Assembly: GCA_964384905.1 (NCBI GenBank)
Contig: CAYLND010000002.1
Coordinates: forward strand, 669-64,668
Reading direction: 5' to 3'
Length of the DNA: 64,000 nt
Origin: an uncultured Acidobacteriota bacterium
GTDB taxonomy: Bacteria; Acidobacteriota; Polarisedimenticolia; Gp22-AA2
The position numbers and the translations under genes are program-made. The stretch's first letter is position 1. Each line of letters begins with the position of its first letter. The notes under the pieces are model-generated. The model saw only the letters and a program-made list of their open reading frames with translations. It had not been told where the DNA came from and searched no databases. This document shows positions 1-9,014 of this stretch, piece by piece.

Positions 1-396
1 GGCGTGAAGATGGAGACCTCCGTGGTCGATCGCGGCTTCGAGCAGGTGATGCGGTCGCTGCAGGCCCGCACGACCCCCTGCCTCGACGTCGTGGTCAATC
101 GATCGGGGTGGGTCGGCGACCACACGGAGGTCAGCTCATCCGATTACAACCCGACGCTGAAGCGGGTCGGCGACGGACGTGGGGAGTTCAGTCTGCAGGT
201 GGTCAATCGCCCGCGCGGTCTCGGCGCCAAGCCGCCGGCGGGCGGACTGTATGTGATGGCGGCCGACATCCGTCGCGCCGGCGCCGCCAGGACCGAGGTC
301 GTTCTCTACAGGCCTTCGATGGGGTACAAAGCAATCACGAAACAGTTCATGGCCTGGGCCGACGGCTCCTCCGAGGATTGCCCCAAGCTAAGATGA
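1..396 (+). CDS. hypothetical protein, C-terminal part (5' end lies outside the window)
   Basis: ORF 4..396 is in frame with position 1, so the true start is probably upstream. The residue composition looks protein-like and the other frames read as high-GC nonsense. I recognised no motif. Confidence 0.4.
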   Translation, partial: GVKMETSVVDRGFEQVMRSLQARTTPCLDVVVNRSGWVGDHTEVSSSDYNPTLKRVGDGRGEFSLQVVNRPRGLGAKPPAGGLYVMAADIRRAGAARTEVVLYRPSMGYKAITKQFMAWADGSSEDCPKLR

Positions 397-532
397 GAGG
401 GGAGAGCCGCGTCCTCGTCGGATGACAGACCGAAGCCGGCCTGCCTGAACGGTGCCTGGGCCATCACCCGCGGCCACTGCCTATCTGGTTGATCTGCAGC
501 GGGTTTTTACGGCCGCCTGCAAACCGAATGCA

Positions 533-548
533 TGGCATCACGTTTGCT
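533..548 (+). promoter_or_regulatory. candidate sigma-54 (RpoN) promoter, TGGCAT-N5-TTGCT
   Basis: TGGCAT at 533-538, a 5-nt spacer and TTGCT at 544-548 match the -24/-12 consensus TGGCAC-N5-TTGCW. It sits about 40 nt upstream of the ATG at 587. Confidence 0.45.
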
Positions 549-586
549 CCTCCAGGAGCCGTGTGCCTTCGTGAAAGGAGGTCACC

Positions 587-1276
587 ATGACTCGTCGTGG
601 CTCGCGATTCTTCGGACTCATCCTGGCGCTCGCCCTCTGCGCCGTCCCGCTCCCGGCGCGCGCCGGAGCGTCGTTCGACTTCCTGTTCAGCATGGACCAC
701 GTCAGCAACGATCGGCAGATGTTTCTGAACGTGGCGGTCAGCAACTACGGCTACGACCGGGTCGCCCTCGAGCCGGTCCTGCCCAGGCTTCAGTACGTCG
801 AGGCCGACCTTCCGGTGGTCCTGCTCCTGGCCCACGAATGCGGCCGCCCGCCGGCCTACATCGTGGATCTGCGCGCCGAAGGACTCTCCTGGTCGGTCGT
901 CTTCAGCAGGCTCGGGGTGCGCCCCGACATCCTGTTCGACGGGATCGATCGCGATCCCGGCCCGCCCTATGGACGCGCCTGGGGCTACTGGAGAAAGAAT
1001 CCTCGTGGGGTCCGGCTGAGCGACAGCGACATCGTCGGCCTCGCGCAGGTACAGATCGGCGCGCGCGCGGCGCGCCTGGCACCGTACGACATCGCCCGCG
1101 CCCGGGCGCGCGGCACGCCGATCGAAGTGACCGTCGCGGAGAAACGCGGCCGCCCCTATCGCTCCAGGCACGGGTGGAATGACGACCATAGTCGTGGGAG
1201 GTCGTGGAAGAACGGCCGTGATCAGGACCATCGTCACGACCACGACCACGATCATGACCACGGTCACGATCGCTGA
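587..1276 (+). CDS. secreted protein with a His/Asp-rich C-terminal tail, function unknown
   Basis: AGGAGG RBS (GAAAGGAGGTCACC-ATG). N-terminal signal peptide (RFFGLILALALCAVPLPARA). C-terminal HDHDHDHDHGHD repeat. Confidence 0.6.
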   Translation: MTRRGSRFFGLILALALCAVPLPARAGASFDFLFSMDHVSNDRQMFLNVAVSNYGYDRVALEPVLPRLQYVEADLPVVLLLAHECGRPPAYIVDLRAEGLSWSVVFSRLGVRPDILFDGIDRDPGPPYGRAWGYWRKNPRGVRLSDSDIVGLAQVQIGARAARLAPYDIARARARGTPIEVTVAEKRGRPYRSRHGWNDDHSRGRSWKNGRDQDHRHDHDHDHDHGHDR

Positions 1277-1372
1277 GACCGGTTGGCTTGCCGGGGGGCG
1301 GCCGAGAGCGAGGGCGGCCGCCTGACCGGCGCCGGCCGGTGACCGCGAGCCGCGAATCCCGCCGACCTCTCC

Positions 1373-1789
1373 CTAATCCGCGAACATCTGATGTTGCGGC
1401 AGACCGTCGTGGAGCTCCAGCCAGGGGACCCGGCTGCGGATGAAGATGTGGTACTCCGGCTTCAGATGGAGCGGCGTGTCGAGCGTTGCGGCCGCGACGT
1501 AGACGTTCTCGGGCTCGCTCGCCGTCGAGGCGGTCACCGACGAGCCGCACTGGCGGCAGAAATTGCGGCGGGTGCCCGCCTCGGTCGTGTGGCCGGCGAT
1601 CTCTTTCTCGCCCTTCAGGAAACTGAAGCGCGCCCCCGCAACCCCGATGTAGGTGGCGAACGCCGCGCCGTGCGTCTTGCGGCAGTCGGTGCAGTGGCAG
1701 TGGGTGAACGTGCCGTACGGTCCCTGCATCCGGTAGCGCACCCGCCCGCAACAGCACGAGCCCTCGTGGACCTCCTCCCTCGTTCCCAT
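1373..1789 (-). CDS. GFA (glutathione-dependent formaldehyde-activating enzyme) / CENP-V family protein
   Basis: The 138-aa product has the Cys-rich GFA pattern (GSCCCGRVRY...HCHCTDCRK...FCRQCGS). GGAGG RBS upstream of the ATG at 1789. The upstream part of the long ORF track entry is out-of-frame nonsense. Confidence 0.7.
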   Translation of the reverse strand: MGTREEVHEGSCCCGRVRYRMQGPYGTFTHCHCTDCRKTHGAAFATYIGVAGARFSFLKGEKEIAGHTTEAGTRRNFCRQCGSSVTASTASEPENVYVAAATLDTPLHLKPEYHIFIRSRVPWLELHDGLPQHQMFAD

Positions 1790-1861
1790 CGTCAGCCTCC
1801 GGTCGCGGCGACCGCCGCGTCGCCAGGCGACGATAGCACACCCTCGGCTTGACTGATTTGA

Positions 1862-2040
1862 CCCGCGTTCCGCATGGTGGCGGACGACGGCCGCGGCGTG
1901 CCGCGGGGGATCCTCGACGGCTCGGGCGGGGCCGACGCCGCGCCCGGCATCGGGATCCGCGGGATGCAGGAGCGCATGCGGCAGCTCGGCGGCCGCCTCG
2001 AGATCGACTCGGGCAGCCGCGGCACGCCGGTCCGCGCTCG
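1862..2040 (+). pseudogene. remnant of a sensor histidine kinase; only the C-terminal HATPase_c fragment is present
   Basis: The frame opens immediately after a stop codon and encodes only ...VADDGRGVPRGILDGSGGADAAPGIGIRGMQERMRQLGGRLEIDSGSRGTPVRA. That is the G2-box/C-terminus of a HisKA_3-type kinase. There is no HisKA or sensor region upstream. Confidence 0.35.
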
Positions 2041-2043
2041 CCG

Positions 2044-2619
2044 TCAGCGGTCGAGGAACGACTCGATCCGTCGATCCGGCACGAGCCAGATGAGCGCGAC
2101 GAGGGCGTACAGACCGATGGCGATCCAGGTGGCGACGAACGAAAGCGGGATCGCCGCGGCGTAGCCGGCGAGCGAGATCTTCCCTTTCACGTCGCTCCCC
2201 ACCGCGTCGCGCAGCTTCGAATGCGCGCCCTGGCGTGAGACGATGGCGCCCTGCAGAATCGTATAGGCGGTGCCGGCCATCAGGAGATTGACGCCGTAGA
2301 GCGCGGTCGGAAGCGGAGCGGCGTGGTTCTGCCCCATCCAGCCCGTGCCGAACGGGATCAGCGACAGCCAGAACAGCAGATGCAGGTTGGCCCACAGGAT
2401 GCCGCCGCTGACGCGCTCGACCATGTGCAGCATATGATGATGGTTGTTCCAGTAGATCCCGAGAAAGACGAAGCTCAGGACGTAGCTCAGGAACACCGGG
2501 ATCAAGGGGCGCAGCGCCTCCCACCCTGTTCCCTGCGGCACGTGCAGCTCGAGCACCATGATCGTGATCAGGATCGCGATCACCCCGTCGCTGAACGCCT
2601 CGAGCCGGTTCCGGTTCAT
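2044..2619 (-). CDS. TMEM175/DUF1211-family putative K+ channel
   Basis: RLEAFSDGVIAILITIMVLEL signature helix followed by multiple TM segments. The start is taken at MNRNR; alternative ATGs lie at 2643 and 2670. Confidence 0.65.
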   Translation of the reverse strand: MNRNRLEAFSDGVIAILITIMVLELHVPQGTGWEALRPLIPVFLSYVLSFVFLGIYWNNHHHMLHMVERVSGGILWANLHLLFWLSLIPFGTGWMGQNHAAPLPTALYGVNLLMAGTAYTILQGAIVSRQGAHSKLRDAVGSDVKGKISLAGYAAAIPLSFVATWIAIGLYALVALIWLVPDRRIESFLDR

Positions 2620-2752
2620 GCCGCCGCCATCTCCGGACGTCATATACGACGTGATCCCGCGCCGGGTCAATGGCGCGAGCGCGCGGGGACGCCGGTCGAC
2701 ATGTTCGACCGAGCGACCTGATGCTCCGGTGGGTCGAACGGGGCAGCCCCGC

Positions 2753-3634
2753 TCAGAAGTTGACGACGAGCGAGGCGGTAAAGATCGTGTCGAGCGTGTC
2801 CAGCTCGTCCAGCACGGTGCCGGTCTTCACGCCGGCCGGAGGCGGCGCGTCGAGGAGATCGATCTGCTTGAAGGCGGGCTGGTGGTCGTACAGCCACTGC
2901 AGGCTGACCTTGAGCGCCAGGCGCTTGCTCATCGACACCGCGACCGAGTTCACCATGTTGGCGCGCAGGTCCGTGGTTTCGTCCAGGTTCTCGTCGATGG
3001 CGAGGTCGTCCACGAAGGTCGTGTTGTCCCCGATCTTGCGCTCATACTTCGAGGACACCCGGAAACCGGCGAACTTGTCCTTGACGTTGGGCGCCTGGAC
3101 GAGATCGTCTTCCTTGGTGTACGACAGCGCGTAATCGGTCCTGAACTTCGTGCGGTCGGTGTCGATCCAGAGGTTGCCGAGACCGCCCGCCGTCTCGTAG
3201 CGGTTCTCGACGCCGGCGAACCGGTTGCGGCTCCACCCGGCGCCGGCGAACCAGAAGACGCGTCCGGAGATCGTGTGGTCGAAGCGCCCGCCCAGGAAAT
3301 AATTCTCGGCGCTCACGGCGGTGTCCTTCTCTTCGATCACGCTGAAGCTGCCCGGACTGGAGCCGACGGCGATGCGGGTCTTCGTCGTGGTCTCGGCGCG
3401 CACCCCGCCGGTCTTCAGCTCGAACGAGGACTTCGCCCACTTCCGCCCCAGCGTGTCCTTGAATCCCAGGGTCGTCGCTTCCGAGTTCCCGGCGGTCGCG
3501 ACATAGCTGAATTCGGCCGTGTCGGACCACACGTCGTCGGCGGGCTTGTCCTGCGCCCGCGCCGGAAGCGCCGCCGCGATCGGCAGGCCGATCAGAGCGA
3601 CGAACAGCACGCCGGCGCGCTGGGTGATGCTCAC
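2753..3634 (-). CDS. DUF481-family outer-membrane beta-barrel protein (YdiY-like)
   Basis: Signal peptide (SITQRAGVLFVALIGLPIAAALPARAQD), alternating beta-strand pattern and a C-terminal Phe (LVVNF). GTG start at 3634 with a G-rich RBS; the ATG at 3721 is an alternative. Confidence 0.65.
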   Translation of the reverse strand: MSITQRAGVLFVALIGLPIAAALPARAQDKPADDVWSDTAEFSYVATAGNSEATTLGFKDTLGRKWAKSSFELKTGGVRAETTTKTRIAVGSSPGSFSVIEEKDTAVSAENYFLGGRFDHTISGRVFWFAGAGWSRNRFAGVENRYETAGGLGNLWIDTDRTKFRTDYALSYTKEDDLVQAPNVKDKFAGFRVSSKYERKIGDNTTFVDDLAIDENLDETTDLRANMVNSVAVSMSKRLALKVSLQWLYDHQPAFKQIDLLDAPPPAGVKTGTVLDELDTLDTIFTASLVVNF

Positions 3635-3734
3635 GTGAACGCCCCCCTTGTCGAGTTGGCGCGCGAGTATACCGCACGCGAGCGCCGGGACGGCGGGTCG
3701 GGGCCGACAGGACGAGAGCACCCCGTGTGTCCGT

Positions 3735-5597
3735 TCAGGGTCGGGATTTGCTCAGACGATCGAGGTCGGCTTCGAGCTTGCCGAGAAGCGTGGTGATCTG
3801 GGCCCGCAGGTCCTGGTTGTGGACCTGCTTCACGAGAGCGTCCAGCAGGGCGATCGCCCCCTTGAGATCGCCCAGATTGGCGCGCGCGACCGCCTGGTTG
3901 TAAGCCTCGACCTGTTTGTTGTAATCGGCGACCGATTCAGAAGCGCCGCCCCCGCCGACTTGCGGCGGGGGGACGGGTGCGGGAAGGGGCGGTGGCTCGT
4001 CGGTCACGGGCTCGGTCATGTCAACGGCCTCCTGTCGCGCCGAGGCTTCCCGGGAGGCTTCCGACTTCAGAGCCTCGCGATAGTCCTGCTGGGCCCGGAT
4101 CGCGCTTCGGGCCTGCTCCAGCGCCTCGCGGTCGTTCATGCGCGCCAGAACGTTGTCGACGAGATCGAGCGCGGCGTCGATGTCGCCCTTGCGCGCGTGC
4201 AGGATCGCCAGGTTCGCCACGATATCGGTTCGGGAGCGCAGGAGAGGGCGGGCGACCTCGAGCAGGTGGATTGCGGAGCCGGGCTCGCCTCCCTGCTTCA
4301 TCAGGAGCCTTGCGTACTCGACATACGCTTCGGCGAAATCCGGTCGCAGCTGGATCGCCTTCCCGAACATGTCCCCGGCCCGGTCCAGATCGGCGCCCGC
4401 GACGCTGCCTGAGCCCGACGACGTATCGGACGTCGTGCGCCGCGCCAGGCATTGACCGAAGTGGAGGCAGGCGATCGGATGGCCCGGGTCGAGCGCGATC
4501 GCCTTCTCGAACAGCGCCGTCGCTTCGTCGTACCGTCCGGTCAGACACTCCACGTTCGCGAGACCCGCCGAGGCCACGGGGTCCTCGGGGGCCAGCCGCA
4601 GCGCCTCCCTGTAGTACGCTTCGGCTTCGGCGGCGCGGTCGAGATGCACCAGCAGGTCCCCCAGGCGTGCGAGGATCGTCTCCCGTTTCATCGGTGCGAC
4701 CCGAATCGTCTCGTCGATCGCGAGATCCGACAGCTTCAGGACCGTGTAGACGAAACGCCCCTGGCGCACATAGTTCTGCAGCTCGTTCTCGATCACCTGA
4801 TACGAGGTCTCGAAACTCATGGGAAAGGCCGTGTCGGGATCTTCGCCATGGTCGAGGCGCGCGAGGAACCGGACGAACTGGGGCCGGCGCTCGGGCTTGT
4901 CCCAGAGCAGGTAGTGCATCAACGCCCAGGACTCGGCGTAGAACACGCCGCGGCGCTCCCCTTCGTTGTACTCCTCGGAGTCTTTCGTCACGGCAAACAG
5001 GTCGCGTAGCGGCATCAGGTCGTGCTGCCGCAGAAGGCGGACGTGGTCTTCCTGCGCCAGGCCGATCGAGGCGGTCGTGTCGTCCGCCCGGAACTTGCCG
5101 TAGCACTCGGCGAGCCCTTCGCCGAACCAGGTGGGGATGTCGTGCAGGTTGTTGCCCAGGAAATGATGGGTGTACTCGTGATAGACGATCTCGAGCGGGT
5201 CTCCCTGGCGCTCGCCGTTCAGGACGATGTCATAACCGTCCGGCTGGCCGATGAACAGGCCGGCCATCTCGATCGGGCGGCCGTTGAAGCGCGCCTTGTA
5301 GGGAGTCATCGAGGCGTCGTCCTTGAAGACGTAAATCGAGGTGGTGACGGGCGGGTCGACCTTGAACTTCGTGTTGAAGCGCGAGAGCGCGCCGCGGAAC
5401 CGCTCGAGTCTGCGCCCGAGGTCGAGCGATCGTCGTTGCGACGCGTTGCTGTAGATGAGAAAGTGCGCCGTCTGGATCTCGGTCCACTTGTCCGTCTCGG
5501 GCGGGAGATTGACCTCGCCCCAGGCGCTCCCGTGCAGGAGGGCGAGCAGGACGATCACCGATGCCGCGGACAGCGCCCGTCCCGTCCGCCGGCTCAC
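3735..5597 (-). CDS. DUF1570/peptidase-MA-like zinc metallopeptidase-like protein with C-terminal TPR repeats
   Basis: HExxH motif (VYHEYTHHF), signal peptide, TPR-like A/L-rich repeats. GTG start at 5597 overlaps the stop of the upstream ABC gene by GTGA. The alternative ATG at 5657 would overlap the ABC gene by 64 nt. Confidence 0.6.
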   Translation of the reverse strand: MSRRTGRALSAASVIVLLALLHGSAWGEVNLPPETDKWTEIQTAHFLIYSNASQRRSLDLGRRLERFRGALSRFNTKFKVDPPVTTSIYVFKDDASMTPYKARFNGRPIEMAGLFIGQPDGYDIVLNGERQGDPLEIVYHEYTHHFLGNNLHDIPTWFGEGLAECYGKFRADDTTASIGLAQEDHVRLLRQHDLMPLRDLFAVTKDSEEYNEGERRGVFYAESWALMHYLLWDKPERRPQFVRFLARLDHGEDPDTAFPMSFETSYQVIENELQNYVRQGRFVYTVLKLSDLAIDETIRVAPMKRETILARLGDLLVHLDRAAEAEAYYREALRLAPEDPVASAGLANVECLTGRYDEATALFEKAIALDPGHPIACLHFGQCLARRTTSDTSSGSGSVAGADLDRAGDMFGKAIQLRPDFAEAYVEYARLLMKQGGEPGSAIHLLEVARPLLRSRTDIVANLAILHARKGDIDAALDLVDNVLARMNDREALEQARSAIRAQQDYREALKSEASREASARQEAVDMTEPVTDEPPPLPAPVPPPQVGGGGASESVADYNKQVEAYNQAVARANLGDLKGAIALLDALVKQVHNQDLRAQITTLLGKLEADLDRLSKSRP

Positions 5598-7429
5598 GAA
5601 GACCTCGCGTGCTGCGACGACACCTCTTCGATCCGCTCCTGCTGCTGCAGACGCCACATGCGGGCGTAGTGCCGTCCGGCGGCCAGCAGCTGCTCGTGCG
5701 AGCCGCGCTCGACGATGCGGCCCTCATCCATGACCAGGATCTGGTCGGCGCCCATCACGGTCGACAGCCGGTGGGCGATCACCAGGGTCGTGCGGCCGAT
5801 CTGGATGCGGTCGAGCTCCGCCTGGATCGCCTTCTCCGATTCCGAGTCGAGCGCCGAGGTGGCCTCGTCGAAGATGAGGATCGCCGGATTTTTCAGGAGG
5901 GCCCTGGCGATCGCGACGCGCTGCTTCTCCCCGCCCGAGAGCTTCAGGCCCCGCTCGCCGACCTGAGTCTCGTAGCCGTCCGGAAGCCGCGTGATGAAAT
6001 CGTGGATGTGCGCGGCGCGCGCCACCGCCTCGACCTCCTCGCGGGTCGCCTCGGGACGGCCGTACCGGATGTTGTAGAAAATCGTGTCGTTGAACAGGAC
6101 CGTGTCCTGCGGAACGATGCCGATGGCGGCGCGCAGCGATTTCTGCTCGAGATCGCGAAGATCCACTCCGTCGATGCCGATCCGTCCGCCGTCGACGTCG
6201 TAGAAGCGGTACAGGAGGCGCGCCAGGGTCGACTTCCCCGAACCGGAGTGGCCGACGACGGCGACCGTGCCGCCCGGCGGAACCTCGAAATCGACGCCGT
6301 GCAGGATCTCGCGGCGGGGGTCGTAGCCGAACCGGACGCCCTCGAAGCTCACGCGCGGACGGTGCGCCACCAGCGGCACGGCGTCGGGGCGGTCGCGCAC
6401 GTCCGGACGCTGATCGAGCAGCGCGAACAGCCGCTCGAGGTTGGTGAGCGCCTGCTTGACCTCGCGGTACATCATGCCGAGGAAGAACAGCGGCGACGAC
6501 AGCTGGAGCAGGTAGGCGTTGACCAGCACCAGGTCCCCGACGGTCAGACGGCCGGCGACGACGCCGGCGGCGGCGCGCCACATCATCGCGGTGACGCCGA
6601 TCGCCACGATCACGGTCTGGCCGAGGTTGAGCAGGGCCAGCGTCTTCTGCGCCAGGACGTTGGCGTCCTCCAGCCGGCACAGGCTCTCGTCGTACCGCGC
6701 CGTCTCGTGCGTCTCGTTGTTGAAGTACTTGACCGTCTCGTAGTTGAGCAGCGAGTCGACCGCCCGCTCGTTGGCGCGCGTGTCGGCCTCGACCGCGGCG
6801 CGGTAGTAGCGCGTCCGCCACTCGGTCACGAGGAAGCTCCACGCCGCGTAGGCCGCCAGCGTGACCATGATGATCCCGGCGAAGCCGACGTCGTACTTCC
6901 ACAGCAGGAGGAGCGTGACCAGCAGCACCTCCACGGCGGTCGGCACGATGGTGTACAGCGTCCAATCGAGCAGATCGGACACCGCCGTGCTGCCGCGCTC
7001 GACGTCGCGGGCGACGCCGCCGGTGCGCCGGTCGAGATGGAACTTCAGGCTCAGAGCGTGCAGGTGGCGGAAGACCTGCACCGTGATCCGCCGCGAGGTC
7101 CTCGCCATCACCCGGGCGAACACCACCTGGCGCAGCTCGGTGAACAGGGTGACGCCGATGCGGGAGGCGCCGTACGCCAGAAGGAGCGCGACCGGCAGCA
7201 CCAGCAGGCTGCGCTCGATGTTGAGACGGTCGACGAGCTGCTTGAGCGCCAGCGGCACGAGCAGCGTCGCCACCTTCGAAGCCAGGATCAGGGCGAGGGA
7301 CAGGACGATGCGCCCGAGGTAAGGGCGCAGGTACGGGAGGAGCGTGGCGATCACCGAGAAATCGCCGTCGCCGCTCCGGCGTCCGGGCGCGTGGTCGCTC
7401 GCCGGATCCTGGGCAGCGGACGTCGTCAT
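5594..7429 (-). CDS. ABC transporter, fused permease/ATP-binding exporter (MsbA/type I exporter-like)
   Basis: Six-TM N-terminal domain, Walker A (GHSGSGKST), ABC signature (LSGGEKQRVAIARAL), Walker B (ILIFDEATSALD). Start at MTTSAAQ (ATG 7429). Confidence 0.85.
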   Translation of the reverse strand: MTTSAAQDPASDHAPGRRSGDGDFSVIATLLPYLRPYLGRIVLSLALILASKVATLLVPLALKQLVDRLNIERSLLVLPVALLLAYGASRIGVTLFTELRQVVFARVMARTSRRITVQVFRHLHALSLKFHLDRRTGGVARDVERGSTAVSDLLDWTLYTIVPTAVEVLLVTLLLLWKYDVGFAGIIMVTLAAYAAWSFLVTEWRTRYYRAAVEADTRANERAVDSLLNYETVKYFNNETHETARYDESLCRLEDANVLAQKTLALLNLGQTVIVAIGVTAMMWRAAAGVVAGRLTVGDLVLVNAYLLQLSSPLFFLGMMYREVKQALTNLERLFALLDQRPDVRDRPDAVPLVAHRPRVSFEGVRFGYDPRREILHGVDFEVPPGGTVAVVGHSGSGKSTLARLLYRFYDVDGGRIGIDGVDLRDLEQKSLRAAIGIVPQDTVLFNDTIFYNIRYGRPEATREEVEAVARAAHIHDFITRLPDGYETQVGERGLKLSGGEKQRVAIARALLKNPAILIFDEATSALDSESEKAIQAELDRIQIGRTTLVIAHRLSTVMGADQILVMDEGRIVERGSHEQLLAAGRHYARMWRLQQQERIEEVSSQHARSS

Positions 7430-7605
7430 GCGGTCCGGGTCGGCCGTTGCTGTAGGGTCATGACCCCTTATTCTCCGCCGACGCGTCCATCCACTACAAG
7501 CAGGGGGGCCGGGGCCCCGCACGCGGACCGTCCGGGCGGCGACGCCGCCGGCGCTCCGGCGCGCTACAATCGCACGGTCCGTTGCGCGTGCGGGAGGTGA
7601 CTCGG

Positions 7606-7986
7606 ATGACGCAGACCGACACGAGGCAGTACGAGGTGGGCGCCCGATCGACGGAGATGTTCGGTCGCGTGCTCTGCAGCGCCCGGAATCACCACTTCAT
7701 CGCCGACGGCCCGGTGCAGAACGGCTGCCCCGGCGAAGCGCTCACCCCGCCCGAGCTCTTTCTCGCGGGAATCGCCGCCTGCGGCGTCGAGCTCCTGCAG
7801 GTCCTCGCGCGCGATCAGAGCCTGCCTCTCCAGACCGTCAGCGTTCAGGTGACGGGCGTCATCGACCGGGCCAACCCGGTGCGCCGCGACCTGACGGTGT
7901 TCAACTCGGTGCGGCTGAAGTTCCGCCTGCGGGGGGTAGGCGAGCAGGAAGGAGCGCGGCTCGTCGAGGGCTTCAAGGGCCGGTGA
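7606..7986 (+). CDS. OsmC/Ohr-family peroxiredoxin-like protein
   Basis: GGGAGG RBS 8 nt before the ATG at 7606. The OsmC-type pattern is present (conserved Cys pair, ELFLAGIAACGVELL). Confidence 0.75.
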   Translation: MTQTDTRQYEVGARSTEMFGRVLCSARNHHFIADGPVQNGCPGEALTPPELFLAGIAACGVELLQVLARDQSLPLQTVSVQVTGVIDRANPVRRDLTVFNSVRLKFRLRGVGEQEGARLVEGFKGR

Positions 7987-8076
7987 CCCCTGTACGGCTC
8001 GGTCGCGGTCGCGACCCCGGACGTGCAGGTCGAATTCGTCGCCGAGGCCTAGCGGCTCGATCGACGGCCGCCGGTT

Positions 8077-8340
8077 CTACCTGCAGGTCCCGCTCGAGCA
8101 GACTCCATTGGACGTCAGGCACACCGTCGGCAACGTTCCGGTGGTGCACGTGTTCTTCGGCGTGCAGGTCCTGAAGCAGTGCGGATGGCTCGCGGCGTAG
8201 GCGTCGGCCGCCGTCAGGGCCGACAGAGCCGAGACGTAGGGACCGACGACCGGACCCGGGGCCGGCATGAGCGCCGGGGCCAGGCCGACGATGGCGATGA
8301 TCACGAAGCACCGGAGCGCGAGCTGGGCTGGTCTGCTCAT
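8077..8340 (-). CDS. small secreted cysteine-rich protein (87 aa), function unknown
   Basis: GAGGAGAGGA RBS and ATG at 8340. Signal peptide with probable cleavage after ADAYA. The mature ~37-aa part (SHPHCFRTCTPKNTCTTGTLPTVCLTSNGVCSSGTCR) carries 6 Cys. Confidence 0.45.
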   Translation of the reverse strand: MSRPAQLALRCFVIIAIVGLAPALMPAPGPVVGPYVSALSALTAADAYAASHPHCFRTCTPKNTCTTGTLPTVCLTSNGVCSSGTCR

Positions 8341-8539
8341 CGGAATCCTCTCCTCTGCCCGGCGGATGGGCAAGTTCTTCGGGCAGCCGGGCCTCGCCCG
8401 AAGTGCAAGGCGCCCCAGGGGGTGAAGAAAGAAATACGCGCATCTCTCGCCGCCGTCAAGCACGATCCGCGGCGTCGATCACCGATGGGTCGACCGGCAT
8501 CAGTCCGACGTATGATCCCGACCCCCTGAAGGAGGGAAC

Positions 8540-8809
8540 ATGAAGAAGACCGTGGTACCTGTCGTCGCGCTGCTTGTGCTGACCGGCGGTTTCCTCTTCG
8601 CCGCCAGACCGGCCCAGAACGTGGGCCCCGGCCGTCATCCGAATCTCGCCGCCGCGCAGAGGCTCGTGCGGGAGGCGTTCGAGAAAATCAGCGCCGCCCA
8701 GAAGGCGAACGAGTGGGACATGAGCGGACACGCACAGAAGGCCAAGGAGCTTCTCGACCAGGTCAACGCCGAGCTGAAGGAGGCGGCCGAAGCAGCCAAC
8801 CAGAAGTAG
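8540..8809 (+). CDS. small secreted alpha-helical protein (89 aa), function unknown
   Basis: GAAGGAGGG RBS. Signal peptide MKKTVVPVVALLVLTGGFLFAA, followed by a K/E/A-rich helical region. Confidence 0.5.
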   Translation: MKKTVVPVVALLVLTGGFLFAARPAQNVGPGRHPNLAAAQRLVREAFEKISAAQKANEWDMSGHAQKAKELLDQVNAELKEAAEAANQK

Positions 8810-9014
8810 ACGACGAGGGAATGGCCGGAACCGGGAAGAGGGTCAGGGGCGGGCCCTCAACAAAATCCCGCGGCGCTGGTCCGCCCCGGGTTCTCTCGAG
8901 AGCCCGCCCTTGGACTGCGTGCTGCGCTGCGGGCTTTCTGACGGGATAGTCAGCCCGAGCGCGCCTGCGCCGGGAGACGATCGCTCCCGAGCAGGCGACG
9001 GCGTCGGAAGAGAC

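Noticed and set aside
2771-2785. ops-like GGCGGTAAAG motif
   Set aside because: It lies inside the coding sequence of the DUF481 gene on the opposite strand, and it diverges from the GGCGGTAGnnTG consensus.
7986-8076. GGTCGCG-GT-CGCGACC palindrome after the OsmC gene as a terminator
   Set aside because: No U-tract and a minimal loop. It could at most be a protein-binding palindrome, with no supporting context.
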